Origin: Glaucostegus cemiculus | Taxonomy: Eukaryota | DNA: 64,000 bases | Direction: 5' to 3' | NCBI GenBank assembly: GCA_976551045.1 | Contig: CDPCPM010000370.1 | Coordinates: forward strand, 1,922,001-1,986,000 | Shown: positions 25,515-40,700 of the stretch, one piece after another | Layout: each line of letters starts with the position of its first letter | Numbering within the stretch: the first letter of the stretch is position 1 | The notes under the pieces: model-generated | Told to the model about the DNA's origin: nothing | What the model saw: only the letters and a program-made list of their open reading frames with translations | Database searches by the model: none | Position numbers and translations under genes: made by a program

Positions 25515-26956
25515 CGATACTTCTCGGTGCCACTCTGCCTGCCAAACTTGAATGCCTGACCTTTCGGGACTCACAGTTATTCCGCCACTATTTCCTTCCC
25601 CTCCCAATCCCCCAAATCCCGTTGCGTTTATTGATATCACTTGTTCTGTTAATACTGCCCAGTCCAATGCCCAGGGTGGTGCAGTGATAACTTGCATTAA
25701 AAACTAAACTCAAACCAAATTCAGATAAACTATTAACATGCAATCAAGCCCGCGGGCGGAGATGTTTCCGTGGCACGATGAAGAAGTGAGGAACTTCATG
25801 TCTGGATTGACAGAAGAAAGCCAGTGTTTGGCACAATATAGAACCGGTTTTAAACGTTCAGCATTCGGACGCTATCCAGCCGTGTTAATAATCAAGTGAC
25901 GCTACCACAAATAGGGATCTCGGTCAGATGCAGAGATTAAATGCAGATGCGTCACAAAACAATGCAGTGCAATGAGAATGTTTGGTCCAGCGTGTTGTTT
26001 TGATCCAAATTGCACTGGCTGAGATGATGGTGCCAAGGATCAATATAAATATTGAAAGAAATAACTGAGAACAGAAATAATTGCCCGGGCTATGAGGAAA
26101 GCAACGTGGCATGGGAATAAATGCAGAATTCCTTAATGAGCATGAAGTACCACAGGAAATTCATGGGTTGCTGAACGTCCATGGGTCTCTATCTTGGATT
26201 TAAGTTTATCGTCATGTTTGTCTGTTCACCTGAAGATTTTGTGAGTGACATCGGTATGAACGCATGCAATGTCTGATAACAAACGATGTTGTTTCATAGA
26301 AAGGAATGTGAAACATTTTCCAAACGAACTTAACATTTTAGGAAATGTTTGACTGATATGAGAATAGAGTCCATCTTTCTTTATTTGTCTCATCGTGGAA
26401 GAGAACATTATAATTTGAAAACAATGTGGCTGAAGTAAGCTGTTGAGAGATTTGCATTTCTATTTTGTTATTTTGGTTCTTTAGGGGAAACATTGACTCT
26501 GTTTTTTGTCCCTCAGTGAAAGAATATTGGTCTGGGGTTTCTGAATTCAGTGTTGAATTAAATCCGTTAGTTAGTGTTTTTCATCTGTTTATAGAACAAC
26601 AGAAACAGGTCCATGAAGGTACTGATCGATGAGACTCAAATGGTAACGGATTTTTTTGAGGACACTGATAACGGGTGCAAAGCCAACTGTTTTTTTGTGA
26701 CAATAATGTTATTTTATTTTGTACAAATAAAATTGACCTGCTTTCTCACCAAAAGAGTTAAAGTTTCAATTCACGAATGTCTCTGTCATTCCGCAGCTAA
26801 AATCAATGGAACATATCTTTGTGGAGCGCAATGGATTGCCAGGAAGGTTTTACACATGTGGCACAAACATAACCAAAGGAGAGATTTACACAAACATAAC
26901 CAAAGGAAAGGCCAGGCGCCTTCCACAGATCCCCGTTTAACTCGAATCACAAATTG

Positions 26957-26960
26957 CACA

Positions 26961-27006
<46 letters not shown>

Positions 27007-27174
27007 GCACACACCCATACATACACACACACACACATTTCTGTTGCAGAAGATCCAGTTCTTGCTTGACAAGCATTTGATTCTGTCTCTTATTATCATA
27101 ATGCTCCGTTATGACTCCGTGTCACATGGGACATAACGTCTGTCTGTCTCTCTCTCTCTCTCTCTCTATCTATC

Positions 27175-27217
<43 letters not shown>

Positions 27218-27220
27218 GCC
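26957..27220. repeat. (CA)n and compound (TC)n/(TATC)n microsatellites
   Basis: CA run ~26962-27037, TC/TATC run ~27140-27218. Confidence 0.95.
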
Positions 27221-30200
27221 TCTATTTCTGTCTCTCTCACTCACCCACTCTCACTCACTGAAACTACACTGTATCTCTTTTCATCTCCATTGCACAAGTC
27301 ATACTTTCGGCTGTCAAATGAGCACTACACTCCCCATTCAGTATAGTGAACACTGCTACAGAAAGTGATATGTTAAGCCTCGTATCATTGAGTTATGAAT
27401 CTGTCTTGTCGGGTTATTTTTCAAAATATATATGGTTACAATGAAATATACCCCATTCTTCTTCGATATTTGTTTGACCCGTGAATCAGTAAATGTTACA
27501 TTATGCTCTGTACAGCCCATAGTACAGGAACTTGCAATTGTGCTTGCGGGTTGTTAAACCAATTAGGCCTGGGAGCGCATCTCAGCAGAGATATATACTG
27601 ATTTTGGGGGTAGGTGGGTGTGACCGCAATGAAATCTCGTAGGAAAACGAAGTTACCGTGCAGCGCTGGCATGGGTGTGAGAGGAGATGTGAAAGAAATG
27701 CACAGCGGAACTTCCATTTTATTTCATGTTTATGAATACACAAGACCGTGTTTATATCTGTATCACATTATGCCTGAGATCTAAAAATATTAGACTGAAT
27801 AATTTCTCTGGTAATATTCCACAGTTGCTTTAATGGGGCATGAAGCATTGGCACAACAGATGACAAACTTACCTGGTTAAAGTGGGTAAGTCCAGTAGAA
27901 AGGTCAGGCAGGAGCAGGGCAGTGATAGAAGATGATCGGATCTGCTATACCGCATGTATTTTGATACAGACAAGCCTGGCAGTTAAGCGAGGTGAACTTG
28001 GGGCCTGGATCGACTGGTGGGATTGTGATATTTTAGATGTTGTGCTTAAATTCTTGCGCGATAGGCAATACTGGTCTCGGGGTAAAAATGCTTTCTGTGT
28101 GATACAGCTGAAGGAAAGTGAAAGGGGGACTTTTGATATTGACTGACCGGAAGATCATGGCAGCACTTTGATAAGATAATCACTGAGAAAACTTCAGGGA
28201 GGCCAAATGATCAGAACGACAAATAGGAAAAGGAAGCTCGTTTTCCCGAGTAAAAACGTGATGTGTTCATCGTTGGAATGCAGTAGAAATATTATATTTT
28301 GTTTAAAGAATGTGGCATTTTCAAACTTAGTGCTACAAACGGATTCAGGATCCTAGAAAACAAAACACAGGAAGTTAGTGGAAGGTGGAAGAGCTCATTT
28401 GGGAGGCTGCTTGGATGACATTATGTTGCAAGTGGAATTAAGTATACAGTTTGGGAAGTTTTACAGTGACCTGATGAAAACACAACAAGAAAGTTTTGTA
28501 TACCAGACATGAGGCATGGTATTCTGGTATTGCGATTTATTCAATGCAGTATACTTAATAATTTGATATTTGGTTTTATTCACATTCCCAATCTGCTCTC
28601 CCTATTGACATTGACCGTGAATTCACATTGTCGGAACAGCACCAAGAAATTGTTAATCAGAATGAACAATCGCGTAACTAGTTGAGGGAATGATACATGA
28701 GTTGCTGGGCGAATTTGTAGTCATTATGTCGTATTCGCCATCGCTCGTCTTTTCTCTCTGAGCAGTGAGCTACAAACAGTTCATTAATTTCGCTGCACAG
28801 AATCGATAGGTTTTTCCGTTCAGTTACATTTTGACCTCTTGGCCGTGCAAGACTGAAATGCTTCACACCACCAGAAAAGGGAGAGAGAGGTGGACTGAGA
28901 TGGAATTGGAATAAAACTACTTTCCCGACGATTATGTGGGTTCATAAACAGTAAGATATATTACCTGGAGCTAACCGAATCAAGGGATATGTGTAGTGAA
29001 CAGAAGGGACTGAAATTGGACGATTATCCATGAATGTTGAATAGTGGAACATGCTGAAGAGGACGATTGTCCTTCCACGCAATATTTATTATATTGCTTG
29101 CCTTATTCTTATCAACAACGCTCCATATAGATATGATGACAGTCAATCTCCCACTGCGTTCTGCAAAACTTCAAGGGGACAAAACGTTAATTAATGACAA
29201 TTTTGCATTTCACATATTGACACTTCGAAGTTCCACTTTTCTATTGTAATTGCCCTGCACTGTACATGGGATGTTCAATGGTTCGACCATTTATCTGATT
29301 CCACGAGAAATGCATTGCGAGAAGAGTGATGGTAAATGGAACGATAACATTTAATTTTATTCCCTTCAATAGTCAGCCTAAATTCTGTGGCTGCAGTCCA
29401 ACATTCATTGTTCGCTCTCTTTGTAACTGACAGGAAACATCTGTGCATTCTGTAACCAGAAATAAACGAGTTGTTTCCAGCCCATGACTCAGAATGAGAC
29501 AGTCGCCCTTATGAAGGAGACCAAACACGAGAAAAATCTGCCCAGCAACAGATGTCTCATACTGCCAGCAAGCATTCTAATTGGTTACACAGTGCATCAT
29601 TCTAATTGAATTATTGACAGCGGGAATTGTGAGCGAGTGGACACTGGACAATTTGGATTCACTGATATTAGCCACCAATCATGTAATGTGCCTCACAGAC
29701 TCAGATGCTCTATTGAATCGGAGTTTGCCGACGATTTGACCTGGACCCATAAAGGAGCTCACATCCTTGGAATGATTGGTAGTCGCACACCACATAGTCA
29801 GGGGCCCTTCCCGATGCATGAAGGCCGGTGCTGTCCACGATCGGTCCTCACAAACATTAACCCTATGCTGATGGAGGGAACTCCACTGTGTGGAGGTCAA
29901 TGAGCGAATGCAATCAGTTGTGCCTGAAAATATAAAACATGGCTGGAACAAAAGCGGAGGTCTGGAGTGAATGTTCATCAGCCACAGAGCACAGAGATTT
30001 TACGATCCGAGCAATGCAAATACAGTGTATCCCCCAAGTTACCTCCTGAACCAATCACCTCTCAACCACCGCTAACAGCTGAGATTGACAGTCATGCTGC
30101 CTTCGCCCACACTCTGCGTTGAGCGAAGCGTTGAAAATATCAGGGTGAAAGATTTAAATCCATCCCACAAATAGCAGTTGTGTTGTATGTTTATTTTTCG

Positions 30201-31368
30201 TTTTTTCGGTTAATGGTATGACATTCCAATGTAAAATCACTTTGATTGCAAACAGTAACATTGATTGGGAAAAATAATTGGGTAATGTAAACTAAGCTTT
30301 ACAATCATTTTCGATCCCGTCACTTGGAGGGCAATGAAAGCCCTGTGAACTGCATTATCCTGTACCTTCAAATACTCCCGAAACAGCAGAAGTATTGTTG
30401 AAATACTGATCGAAAATTGCCTTCCATCAAATGCTTCCAGGGCAGGGCAAGACTCGATTATACGCAGAGTAATTGACACTATCCCGTGAAATAGCATGGC
30501 GCAGGGGCTGCTTCCAAAACACTCTCCATTAAATGCGCCCTGGGCAGAGGCAAAATGCATTGCATTCAAAGTGAGGTTACTGCACAGGTCCTGTCAAAAT
30601 CTGCAAAATTTGATGCGGAATAGATAACGAGTCTTGCATAATATCTCATCAGTTATTCACATGGATCGTATAGAGAATAAACCCTCCCTTTCGTGGACGT
30701 CGAAGGGAAAAAAGCTTCATATAAAACCTTTTCAACAAGTACTCGCAGTGGCTCGACAACAGCTCAGATCCAGGACGTTTTTCCATTTGATAATTCAATA
30801 CGTAGTTCATGTATTGGTGCAAACCTGCATCAGTACCCTTCCATCAACTCTCCACAAGGCCTGAGATTTTGGCCGACACATCTTTCTCTCAGACATTGAC
30901 ATCTGACATTTGGGTAAATATATTGCTGTGGCAGGTTTAATTTGGTAGGCCGATAAAAGAGGGATATAGAGAGCGGGCTGGACAGCAGATCATCAGGCAC
31001 TCGCATTCAGGTGAGCATTGGGAAATTTACCAATCTGCTGTATGAAAATTAAAGCATTTCTTTCTCCTATAATAATCGAAGTGCATCTGAAAAGTTCACC
31101 TTTGCTGCTGGACCGGCTGAATATTTGCATCTTAACTTTCCTAAATTCTGTTCTGCGTTGGCGGGGACAAATTAATTCTGTTTCTGTCTCTCTATGTTCT
31201 GATCTGGAACTTCTATTTCTGAGATTATTTGCATAAATGCTTCCGTGGCATCCATCTGTGCTCAGGACAGAAATACACACATTACTATCGTTCCTTATTG
31301 AATTATCTTAACTGACCAGATGTGTTGTCTTCCGATTTTTGACAACTGGTGGAAATGACTTCAAATTT

Positions 31369-31517
31369 NNNNNNNNNNNNNNNNNNNNNNNNNNNNNNNN
31401 NNNNNNNNNNNNNNNNNNNNNNNNNNNNNNNNNNNNNNNNNNNNNNNNNNNNNNNNNNNNNNNNNNNNNNNNNNNNNNNNNNNNNNNNNNNNNNNNNNNN
31501 NNNNNNNNNNNNNNNNN
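31369..31517. other. Assembly gap
   Basis: Run of N. Confidence 1.
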
Positions 31518-32649
31518 ATTTATCCACCGTGGAAAAAAGGGACGCCAAGAATTGGTCGCTTCTGCGAGTTCTCCAGTGCGACATTTCTGAGCAGGGTACT
31601 GTTCCACCGCATATACATTTACAGCAAGTGTTACACATTTAAACTCAGCAAATCCAATCTTTGGCACTGGAGAATTGCCGAGAGATAATAACGCCTCACC
31701 TTTTATCCACCATAGAAGTTAATATAAATACTAACATTTGGGAAGAAGGTCTCAAATTTGATCGTTCTGCGATGTGAAAATAAACAGTTTGCAGCCACTA
31801 TGGTGGTTTCTGAAACGTATCCGCAATCAGAATGTGATGACAATATTAGCAAAATAAGCCCCCTTTTTAAAGGCGCACAACTATCGAATAAGTATTACAG
31901 AGTGACAGATGTGGACATGTGAAAATGATAATGGTGTCGGAGAATGTAAACAGAGGAACAATCTAGTCCTGGGCCCTGTCTCACTGATACTACAGAGGTC
32001 TGTGTCACGGTTTAATTTGCAGTAGGCTAGTCTTAATGCCGCATAGAAACAACAAGAAACCAGGCCCTTTGGCCGAATTCGGCCATGCCAATGTAATTGC
32101 AGTCGATTCTGTAGTTGCTGAGAGAACACTTGGCCTTCGCTGAGTTATCGCCGAAGTCGAACTTGTGGCGGTTCACATTATCGTTGACGTTCGCTGTGTC
32201 ATTACAATAGGCTTCATGCCCGTTTTGAAAACAACAAAGTTTTGTATATTTTTTTTCAACAGAACTGAGCTCTGCTTCTCTTTGTTTGAGACCAGGGCTG
32301 AATTCAGTTCTCAATTTATTAATCGCTGTTTACAAAGTTATTGCTGTCGCTGAACATACCACAGTGCACCCAGACCCTCTTTGAACAAATAGTTCCGGCC
32401 ATAGAGTCAGCCTTGTTCTGGTCACATTGTACTTGTTCTTCTCATGTTATTATACCACTCCATGCCACGGCTGATACTATTCCAGATTCTGTCTCTGTTT
32501 AAACTGTGCCACTGTTTTCAAATTTGACTTTATTTTTTTGTTTATATTAACCGAGGCCCTATTTGTATAAATTACAGAAGGTGCTATGTGTTTTCAACTG
32601 CTCTGGACGCAAATTTCGGCTAATATTGTGCTGTCTCCCTTCTTTCCTC

Positions 32650-32990
32650 TTCCATTGGGTAGAATATACAGGTGCCTGAGGGCAGGTACCATCAGACTTA
32701 AGGACATCTTCTACCTTACTGTGATAAAACTATTGAACGGTTCCCTTGTACAATGAGATGACCTTACGATATACCTTGTTGTGACCTTTCACCTTATTGC
32801 ACTGCCCTTTCTCTGTAGCTGTGCCACTTTACTCTGTACTGTTATTGTTTTTACTTGTACTACATCACTGCACTTTATGCTAACTCAATGTAACTGCACT
32901 ACGTAATGAATTGACCTGTTCGATCGGTTTGTAAGTCAGGTTTCTCACTGTACCTTGGTACAAGTGACAATAATAAACCAATCCAAAGAC
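32650..32990 (+). mobile_element. LINE 3'-end copy
   Basis: Highly similar to 59250-59570 (ctgtgataa..actatt, tgtaccttggtacaagtgacaataataaa). Confidence 0.75.
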
Positions 32991-35900
32991 CAACCAGACT
33001 CTGATTATATTACACTATGCTTACAAATTAATTATTTTTCTCATCATATTCATTACTTATTTAAAAGTCTCACTATGGCGTTGTTCATACTGAAGCAAAC
33101 CGTCCTTTAGTTTTGCCAGGCTTGCTCTCTGCTGGAATTACACTGTCCATTCCCACTTGTTGTGCATGCTCTTGACCAACCATTTGATAGAACTGCTTGT
33201 TTGTGCATGCAGCTGAAAAAAAGCGAGGACAGCAGGTTAACATCTCACCCACAAGACAACAAGACACTGTCCAGCAGTACTACCGCAGAGGCGTCGTCCT
33301 CGTTTGTGAGTCCCGGCCCTGGAAATGGAGCCCAGGGTCCCCACCAATCTCACACTGACACAGTCCATCTTGACCTCCTGCATTTAAGACGTGTCAGGGC
33401 CACTTCACTCGTGGTGTCGTGTTTCCACTGTAGTTGATCTTCAATGTGTTATCTGATATTCTTATTACCAAACAGAACGTCCCCAATCCATGTTTTTTTT
33501 AAACCTTTGATTCCGTCTGTGTTGACAACACAGGATTCGTCATTTTGTTCAAAGTTGCAGCATGGTTTCCCACTTGTATCATTGGATCAAACAACCTCTT
33601 TCTTTATTTACTCGGTTGCTCATGTCACTAGTTTTTTTACCCTTGGCTCTGCTCTCACTCCTCTCACAGAGAGAGGATACATCGGCTCCAGTCTCTGCCT
33701 CGCCAGGACTGAGATTGGCCTCAGCGATTGTAAGAGAATGCCCTGTGATTCAGATCGCGTAACTTGTCAACTCTATAGTTACATCAAAACATGTCGCAGT
33801 GGAGATTAAATAGCTGCATTTTCCCAGAAATACCTCTGTCTGTTCAACCGACAACAGAAAAACTAATATTGCACAATGTAGTGACATTTCTCTCTTTTAA
33901 ACGTCAATTCACAACTCCCATGTCAATGAATGTGAGCAGCTCCTTGTATTATATTCGGCCCTGGTCTATTTATATCAAACAATATTCGGTATATATACAG
34001 CACACTGGCTTCTCTTTGAAGTATAGCTGACCCAGTCTTTGCTTGAATGAAACCAGGCGATTTTTCAATTTTACTAGCCTTGAACATATTTATATTATCA
34101 CAGCACTGTCAATATTTACCCCATTGGCATTTTCTGCTGATACTGTATATCACATCTTCCAAACATATTCTTGTGAGACATGCAATGAAACGTACTCTTT
34201 AATGTTATTCTAATTCTTCATTACACTTCATTCCGAGGAATATTAGGTAAAGGTGCTCACGAGGCGCAGAGAAAAAGAAAGCGTTGATCGGCTAGTCCCA
34301 TTATGCACCATTTCGGCAATGTGTCCTCCTGCAAAGCCGTCCTTTGGAAACTTTGTCACTCTCCGATGCGAGCATTAGGACCCTGCGGCTTCACAACTGT
34401 CAGAATAATGTCGAAGGCTTCCGTTCAGAAATCGGACACAAGAGCCCTGCAGCTGCCGGCCTCATCTGTTGTGAACTGTTCGTTGCAGGACTTTGGATTT
34501 TGGACGGACTTGAGAACACTGTGTCTGCCCAGCTGGTGGAGCTGTGAGCTCATGGTGTCCACTCATACCAGTCTGAATCACATTCGGCCTGTTTGTTTAT
34601 ATTTTGCACATTGCACCATTTGTTATTCCACAATTGTCTCTACATACTTTCTTGCTGTACTCAAAAAATGCCAAGGAATTGAGTATGCCTTGCTTCCAGA
34701 CTGACCCTGGGATTACTGATGAGGCCAATGTTGGAACGGTACTGGAGGTGGCTGACGGCACCGACGGGTGTAGGTCAGTAAAGTGGCGTACTCCTCCACA
34801 ACTTACACAATTAGTTCTTGTCTCTGAATACTTATCCCTGTCCCAGTTCGTGTTACATTGTATCATGTACATGCAGAAACACTTCAGGAATGATCTCCTG
34901 ATGATGTAATATTTATGCTAAACCTGTTCTGACTATATAATTGCTTAAACACAGCTATATAAGAATATGTTTCGTTCTACTAGACGCTCTTTCTGTTTGA
35001 ATTACACGAGGCTTGAAAGTTTTCAGATCACCTTGTTTCTACATGTGATGGACTGCACCCTGTCACTTTGTGTCACAAGGGCCCAGTGATGTCCATATAT
35101 TCTAAATCCCGGCCTCTTCGGGGATTTTGTGGTACCCTGTCTCAGTTTCTATTTTGCATTGCCTTCTGAGCCGGTTTGCATTTCTGCAGCACTGTCTCTG
35201 TACTTATTGTACTGCATTCAGTCTCTGTCTTACAGATGGCCCTGTACCTATTTATACCACAGTGTACCCTATCACCAGGCATATAAGACTTCATTATGAC
35301 ATTATTTTTGTCTCACAACTCCCTTTCAGATAATCTTTTCACATTACATCTTGCCTCTCTATGTAATGTCATTGTTACAACTCCAACTACATTATTTACG
35401 GTCCAGAACCGGTAAATGCCACAGCGAGCTTCTTTCCAATTATGTTTGGGCACCCATTTACACTGCGGATATTACCCAAGGACGCGAAATTACTTTCATC
35501 ACATTCGACATTGTCTCCATGGTAACCCCACTTGACCATGATTTAATACATCTTTCAGAAGGCCCTCTACCTGTTTGGCCCTGTCTTTGCATATGTTCAG
35601 ACAGGTCCCTTACTCCGTTAACGATATAAAGGGTTCTGACCCCATATGTACCAAAAAAGGCCATATTTCCTTTTATATTAACTGGACACCATTCTGTTTA
35701 AAGGTCACAGGCTCTGTGTCGGTTTCAGTCACAATCGGTATTGGCACCATGCACATTGTTCTGGAGCACGCCCTGAATTATGTAACAGAAGCGTTGAACA
35801 TGTACGTACAATATTAAGACTTGCCTTCGGACAGGTAATATTGGGGCTTTAATTGTCTCTTTCTCATAAGATCCTGCAATAGTTCAGATCAGATCGTTCC

Positions 35901-38900
35901 TGGCCAGTGCAATATTTTACCTCATTCTGCCTCTGAATATTTTAATACAGCCTTATCCATATTTGGATCACTTTTGGCTTGGATTTGCTTCTCCCTCAGT
36001 AAGTTTTATCATTGTTCTTGTTACAGCTGAGCCAACCGATCTTTCTATCATAGAAGTCCCTGTCCCAGTCATAACTTACAAGACGCTGATTTCATTTCGG
36101 CAGGTATCACTGTATCATTTTTTGCCCACCAATAACGTTTTTTATGAGGTGGGGTGAACCAGCTCCTGCACCCGCTGCAGTCAGTCTACCACTCTTGTTG
36201 AATATGATCCACCAACGCTCTTGGAGAGGAAATGTCGGGATTCTGATACAACGACAATGAGAGAGCTGCGATAGTTTTCTTATTCAGGATATTGTGGGAT
36301 TACGACAGGAGTCGGGGAGTGGTGTTGATCGCATCCACGTTTTGTCTTCATTTGCCTGTGGATATCTGCAAAATGATGCTCTGAATATTCCACCGGATCC
36401 CTTTCTCTGTCACGAAACGATTTTCTTATGACGTATTGGACCTTGCATCAGAGTTATCCTTCCCTCTGGTTATAGCTCATTCGGGACTGTAGTTCTCAGT
36501 ATTGCAGGAGGTCTTGCTTCTCGAAATATTGCACTGCACAATGCCTCCATCGATGTCAAATTCATGCAGCTATTTCTATCACGCCGGGTCTTGTCTGTTA
36601 AATTTGCCCCACTCACCTCACCCCCGCCCTATCGAAGTTACTATTCCAGCCATCGTGTTCATGAATACCAAAGGAGGCCATACATCTTTGCATCTAATGT
36701 TGGAACCTTTCTCATTCTGCATTTAAGCAAGGTTCTGTGCTAGCTAGTATAGGGAAGGGCCTTCCTCCTCCATATATTCTCCCTCACAAACCCTCTGATG
36801 AAACCACACAGGGTCCTCGACCAATTCATCTCAATTAGATTCTTGCTACTCTTCACTCGTTCTTTGTCTCTCTACACTTGCTCTTCTGGTCCATGTGTTT
36901 CTCTTACATACATGGGGTCTTGTCTATGTTCATCTCAAGTTAAGCATGGTTACTGTACACATGATTCTTCAGCCTCGGTCTCCTTAAATCACACACGGAC
37001 CAATGTGTGTGTGCGTTTCTTTTTTCCCCGCAGCAGTCCCTGTCTCCTTATAGGTTGTCCCAGATATTTCCACTCTGCAGACTATAGGGGGCTCCGCATT
37101 TTTATTAATCTCTAATATTTCGCCTTTTCCCTGTAATTTTTGTCTCCGATCGCACAACGTAATGTTATATACATGTCTTTCTCTAAATATGCCATACCCA
37201 GTAAGACATATGCTCCATGTCTTTTACTTGTTCGCATATCTGAGGACCCTGCCACGAAATAACTTGGGCATTATCTGCGGTGGTATGACACAATGTATAG
37301 AAATGTTTACAATTACTTAGGTATTCCCTCTGCATATACTTCATTGGATCCAATCCCTGTCGATATCGTTCAGGTCCTGTTCCTGTTTTGCCACCCTGTC
37401 AGCTGTCTCCATCGATGTCACATGGCCCCTCACTCTATAATCCATTCATATTTTGTTACGCCCTGTGTCACTCAATATCACATAGGGCCTGCCACAAGTG
37501 CAGAGAATTCAGCACTCTTTCTGTGTCTCTCTCTGTCTCCACCTCCCACCGCGGCGTTGTGCATATTATCGAACGTGATGAAAACGAACGGAAGACAGAA
37601 GGAATGGGAATGGCCGAAATGAGCTGTATGTCATTCTGCCAACATAAACAACAAAATCACAAAGTAATTGGCCCGGGGAAAGCAGTAAAACGTGTACGAG
37701 TAAAATGCCGCACGGCTGCACAGGTTTTGATAGAGTTTAACATTCTTTTTCACGGACGGGAGTTCGATATATTCCTTAAATTTCGACATACAATTTTAAA
37801 TGCTACTTTCAGGGTTTTTTCAGGTGTCTGTTCCGCAAGGTGGTCAGCAAGTCCATGTTGACCACACGTCGTCACAATTGAAATCATTGCTGAACATCAC
37901 TTGGAAACAACCATCCATTTTTTTAACAGCCCCGAAGTAATGTCCTCTGGGAAATATTCCAGTCGTCCTTTGGTATTTGCCACTTTTTAACAGTGTGTGT
38001 TGACTGTGTCGTCTTACACTGACAGCGCTGAAAGAGAAATATGTTCATCACCAATTTTCGGAGATGGAAACTACTTATTTCGAAATACTGGCAGCAATTG
38101 CAGTATTTGATATGTAATTCACGCTCTGTAAAACGGGATTGATAAAGCCACGGATTATTTTCCTACTTGAGTCTGGAAAGAAACATATCTTGATGCAAGG
38201 AGGGAAACATATTAAAATGATCAATTTAAACAGGGTCTGTGAAGACATTGTTTTTAAAAAAATCTGCATCGTGTTCTTTCATCGCAATTGGCAGATCGCA
38301 TTATCCTGCACCCTCAAAACTGGTTTAAACCATCCTTGTTTATTGCTAGAAATGAAGGAGCTCACTTTTACTCTGAACTAAATTGGCAGTAAAGGTGAAT
38401 GTCCCAAAAGTCACGGGACAGATGTCGCTGAAATGGTGAATGACCGAACATGACCAATGACAGCGGTATTGCATGTACATGTTATCCGTCTCTCAGGCAC
38501 ATTTACTTGACGCATCAACGAGGTTTTTTTCCCATATGACTTTTCAAGTTACGACATTAGTGATCGACGAATCTGTCTACAGTTCAATGAAAAGAGGAAC
38601 TGTTGTAATTGACGAGAGTGAGTGAAGTTCCCAGTCCGCCGGTGCTTCAGTTGAAGTGATGGCCTTGAGGACGGTCTACCACATAATACGCTGTAAGCGA
38701 GAGACTAATGGGAATTTGGCTGCGTTGCATGGAATATACTTTCTTTTGGATCATCTGGGATTAACATGCCGCTGGCACGTAAACATCAATGGCACAGAAA
38801 GCAAAAGTGAAGATATTGGCATGGGAGTTCACAACCTCCATGTTTAAGCTGATCTAAGTAAATGGAAGATTTCAGCCAATGATGCCATTTAAATGGGGCG

Positions 38901-40184
38901 AATAAATGCCAGAATTGTCCACGAGCATTGAGAGGGAAGGTCGCTGGAAGCGACGGATTGGTTGTCCTGAAATCTGAAAGTTTCAATTTGCAGTTTAAAT
39001 ATCCATTGACATTCAATGTCATTCATCCTGTCTGATTGTCCTGCAGTTTTGTTGCAGTGTTGCTTTAAATCCTGACTCTTGAATCAGCAGGGGCATCTTC
39101 TGAATTGATGGCAACTTCGAATCCGGTTTGCCACCAACTCGTAACAAACCCTCACGCCGCGCAGCTGTGAGCACGTTTTTACGTGATTATTCTCTCACAC
39201 ACTTATTGCGCGTGTATTTGTATTTGGATTAAACTTTATCTTACGCAACAAGTACAAGAGAATTTTGGTTGTGGACATATCAAGAGCAAGTTCACTTGGC
39301 CATGGTGGCAAAATTCAATCTGAGGACGATTGTAAAACCACGTAAATTTCGGATGGAAGAGGGAGGGTGAGCGCATAGCGAACGGAAGCATCAGCAAAAT
39401 TTTTCACACAAGTTTTAGTTTCAAAGTCACCGTATCTCGTCACTGGAAGCTGATGTGCAACCGCATGAACAAGGGTGCTGTGAGAACGGGAATTAATGTG
39501 TGTTCGGACCCTGGTAGAGGAGCATCAGAAAGCACGAAATGTGGAAGAAATGACCATGGCTCCAGAAATTATCCGAGTCCGGTTTTCTGACTCTGGTCAT
39601 GTTCCCAGCATCTGTCGAAAAGGGTGGAGATTATGGTTGCGAGGAGGTTAATCCTGACTACGCCGGGCATGTGATATTTAATATTCACTGATAGATTGGG
39701 GACGTGATTCTTTGGAAACCCTTGGTGTAGATCAACGGGCGGCTGTTATTTGTAACTGAGGAATATCCCGGTTGAGAACAGATATTGCCATTACATCTTC
39801 ACTGTCGATTTTCAATAAAATCTATTTGCATTTGGCACCGTATGTTTGGTTCCTCTCGCTGTATAATTGTCGTTCAATTTCACCCTCTGTTCTTTTCGGT
39901 TTTCTCAAAGTTCTTGTGCGTAGATTGCGCTTTGGTTGTAGATGTATGGCGACCATTTGAATGTGCGTCGACGACCACAAGAGATCCGGCAGAAAGAAAC
40001 AGAACGGTGCGTGCTCAAAATGGATTCTGCAGACATTGTCTGAAGTGGCCGCCGGAGAGTGAATGTGAGATTGCGGCGCTGCCTTTCATCTTAATCTGCC
40101 GGGAAGTAAGGAAACAGTTTAAGAGGAAACTAAAAGCGTTAATATCTGGTTATTGGCAAAGAGAATGTCTGCATTTATTCAAAG

Positions 40185-40700
40185 AACCAGAATGCTGGAA
40201 GGACTTGGTGTGTAATCCGCATCTGTGGAGGCTGAAGAGTAAATAGACGTCTCCGATAGATACCCTGAATTAGGATTGAGAGGGGAGAGGAAAGACTGAC
40301 AAAATGAAGAAGACTAAGAAGGTGATACAGGCTTGCAGGTGATAGGTCTTTCCAAGTAATATGACAATAATGGGCTGGTGGAACCAGATGATGGGAGCGG
40401 GGGTGGGTCAGATGCTCTGAGGTGAGGTGGAAGCAGACTGAGAGGGAATTATGGACGGTGGGAAAAGATGGGGCATGGGAGTTGATCAAAGGCAGAGGAA
40501 AAATATGTGTACAGTTGAAGTGGGAGAATATATAGGTGTTGGTTTAGAAAATTGGATAAAAGATCTATCTTCATACTATTTCTTGAGCAATGATCTCCAG
40601 AATGCTGTGTGTTCAAATTCCACCCCAGCCTGTGAGCAGAGCATTCTGACATTCCAGTGCAATGCAGAGGAGGCGCTGCAGTGTCGGAGATCACAGGGAT
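40185..40700. mobile_element. Degenerate Penelope-like/interspersed repeat fragment
   Basis: Starts with agaatgctggaagg... motif and a purine-rich tract resembling the 9295-10250 element. No ORF. Confidence 0.35.

Noticed and set aside
27868-27960. Candidate short exon (ATG...|gtaag) as a GPCR first exon or a leader
   Set aside because: Translation does not match a GPCR N-terminus/TM1 or a signal peptide, and the splice phase does not fit.
32070-32085. 16-bp perfect palindrome tggccgaattcggcca
   Set aside because: Isolated and lies within repeat-like sequence; no supporting context.
33085-33400. Leader-like hydrophobic stretch with gtgag donor and nearby acceptor
   Set aside because: No ATG, the implied intron is only about 36 nt, and the downstream frame is not V-like.
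34495-34523. Cryptic RSS on minus strand (cacagtg-13-ccaaaatcc)
   Set aside because: 13-bp spacer, with no adjacent coding segment or partner RSS.
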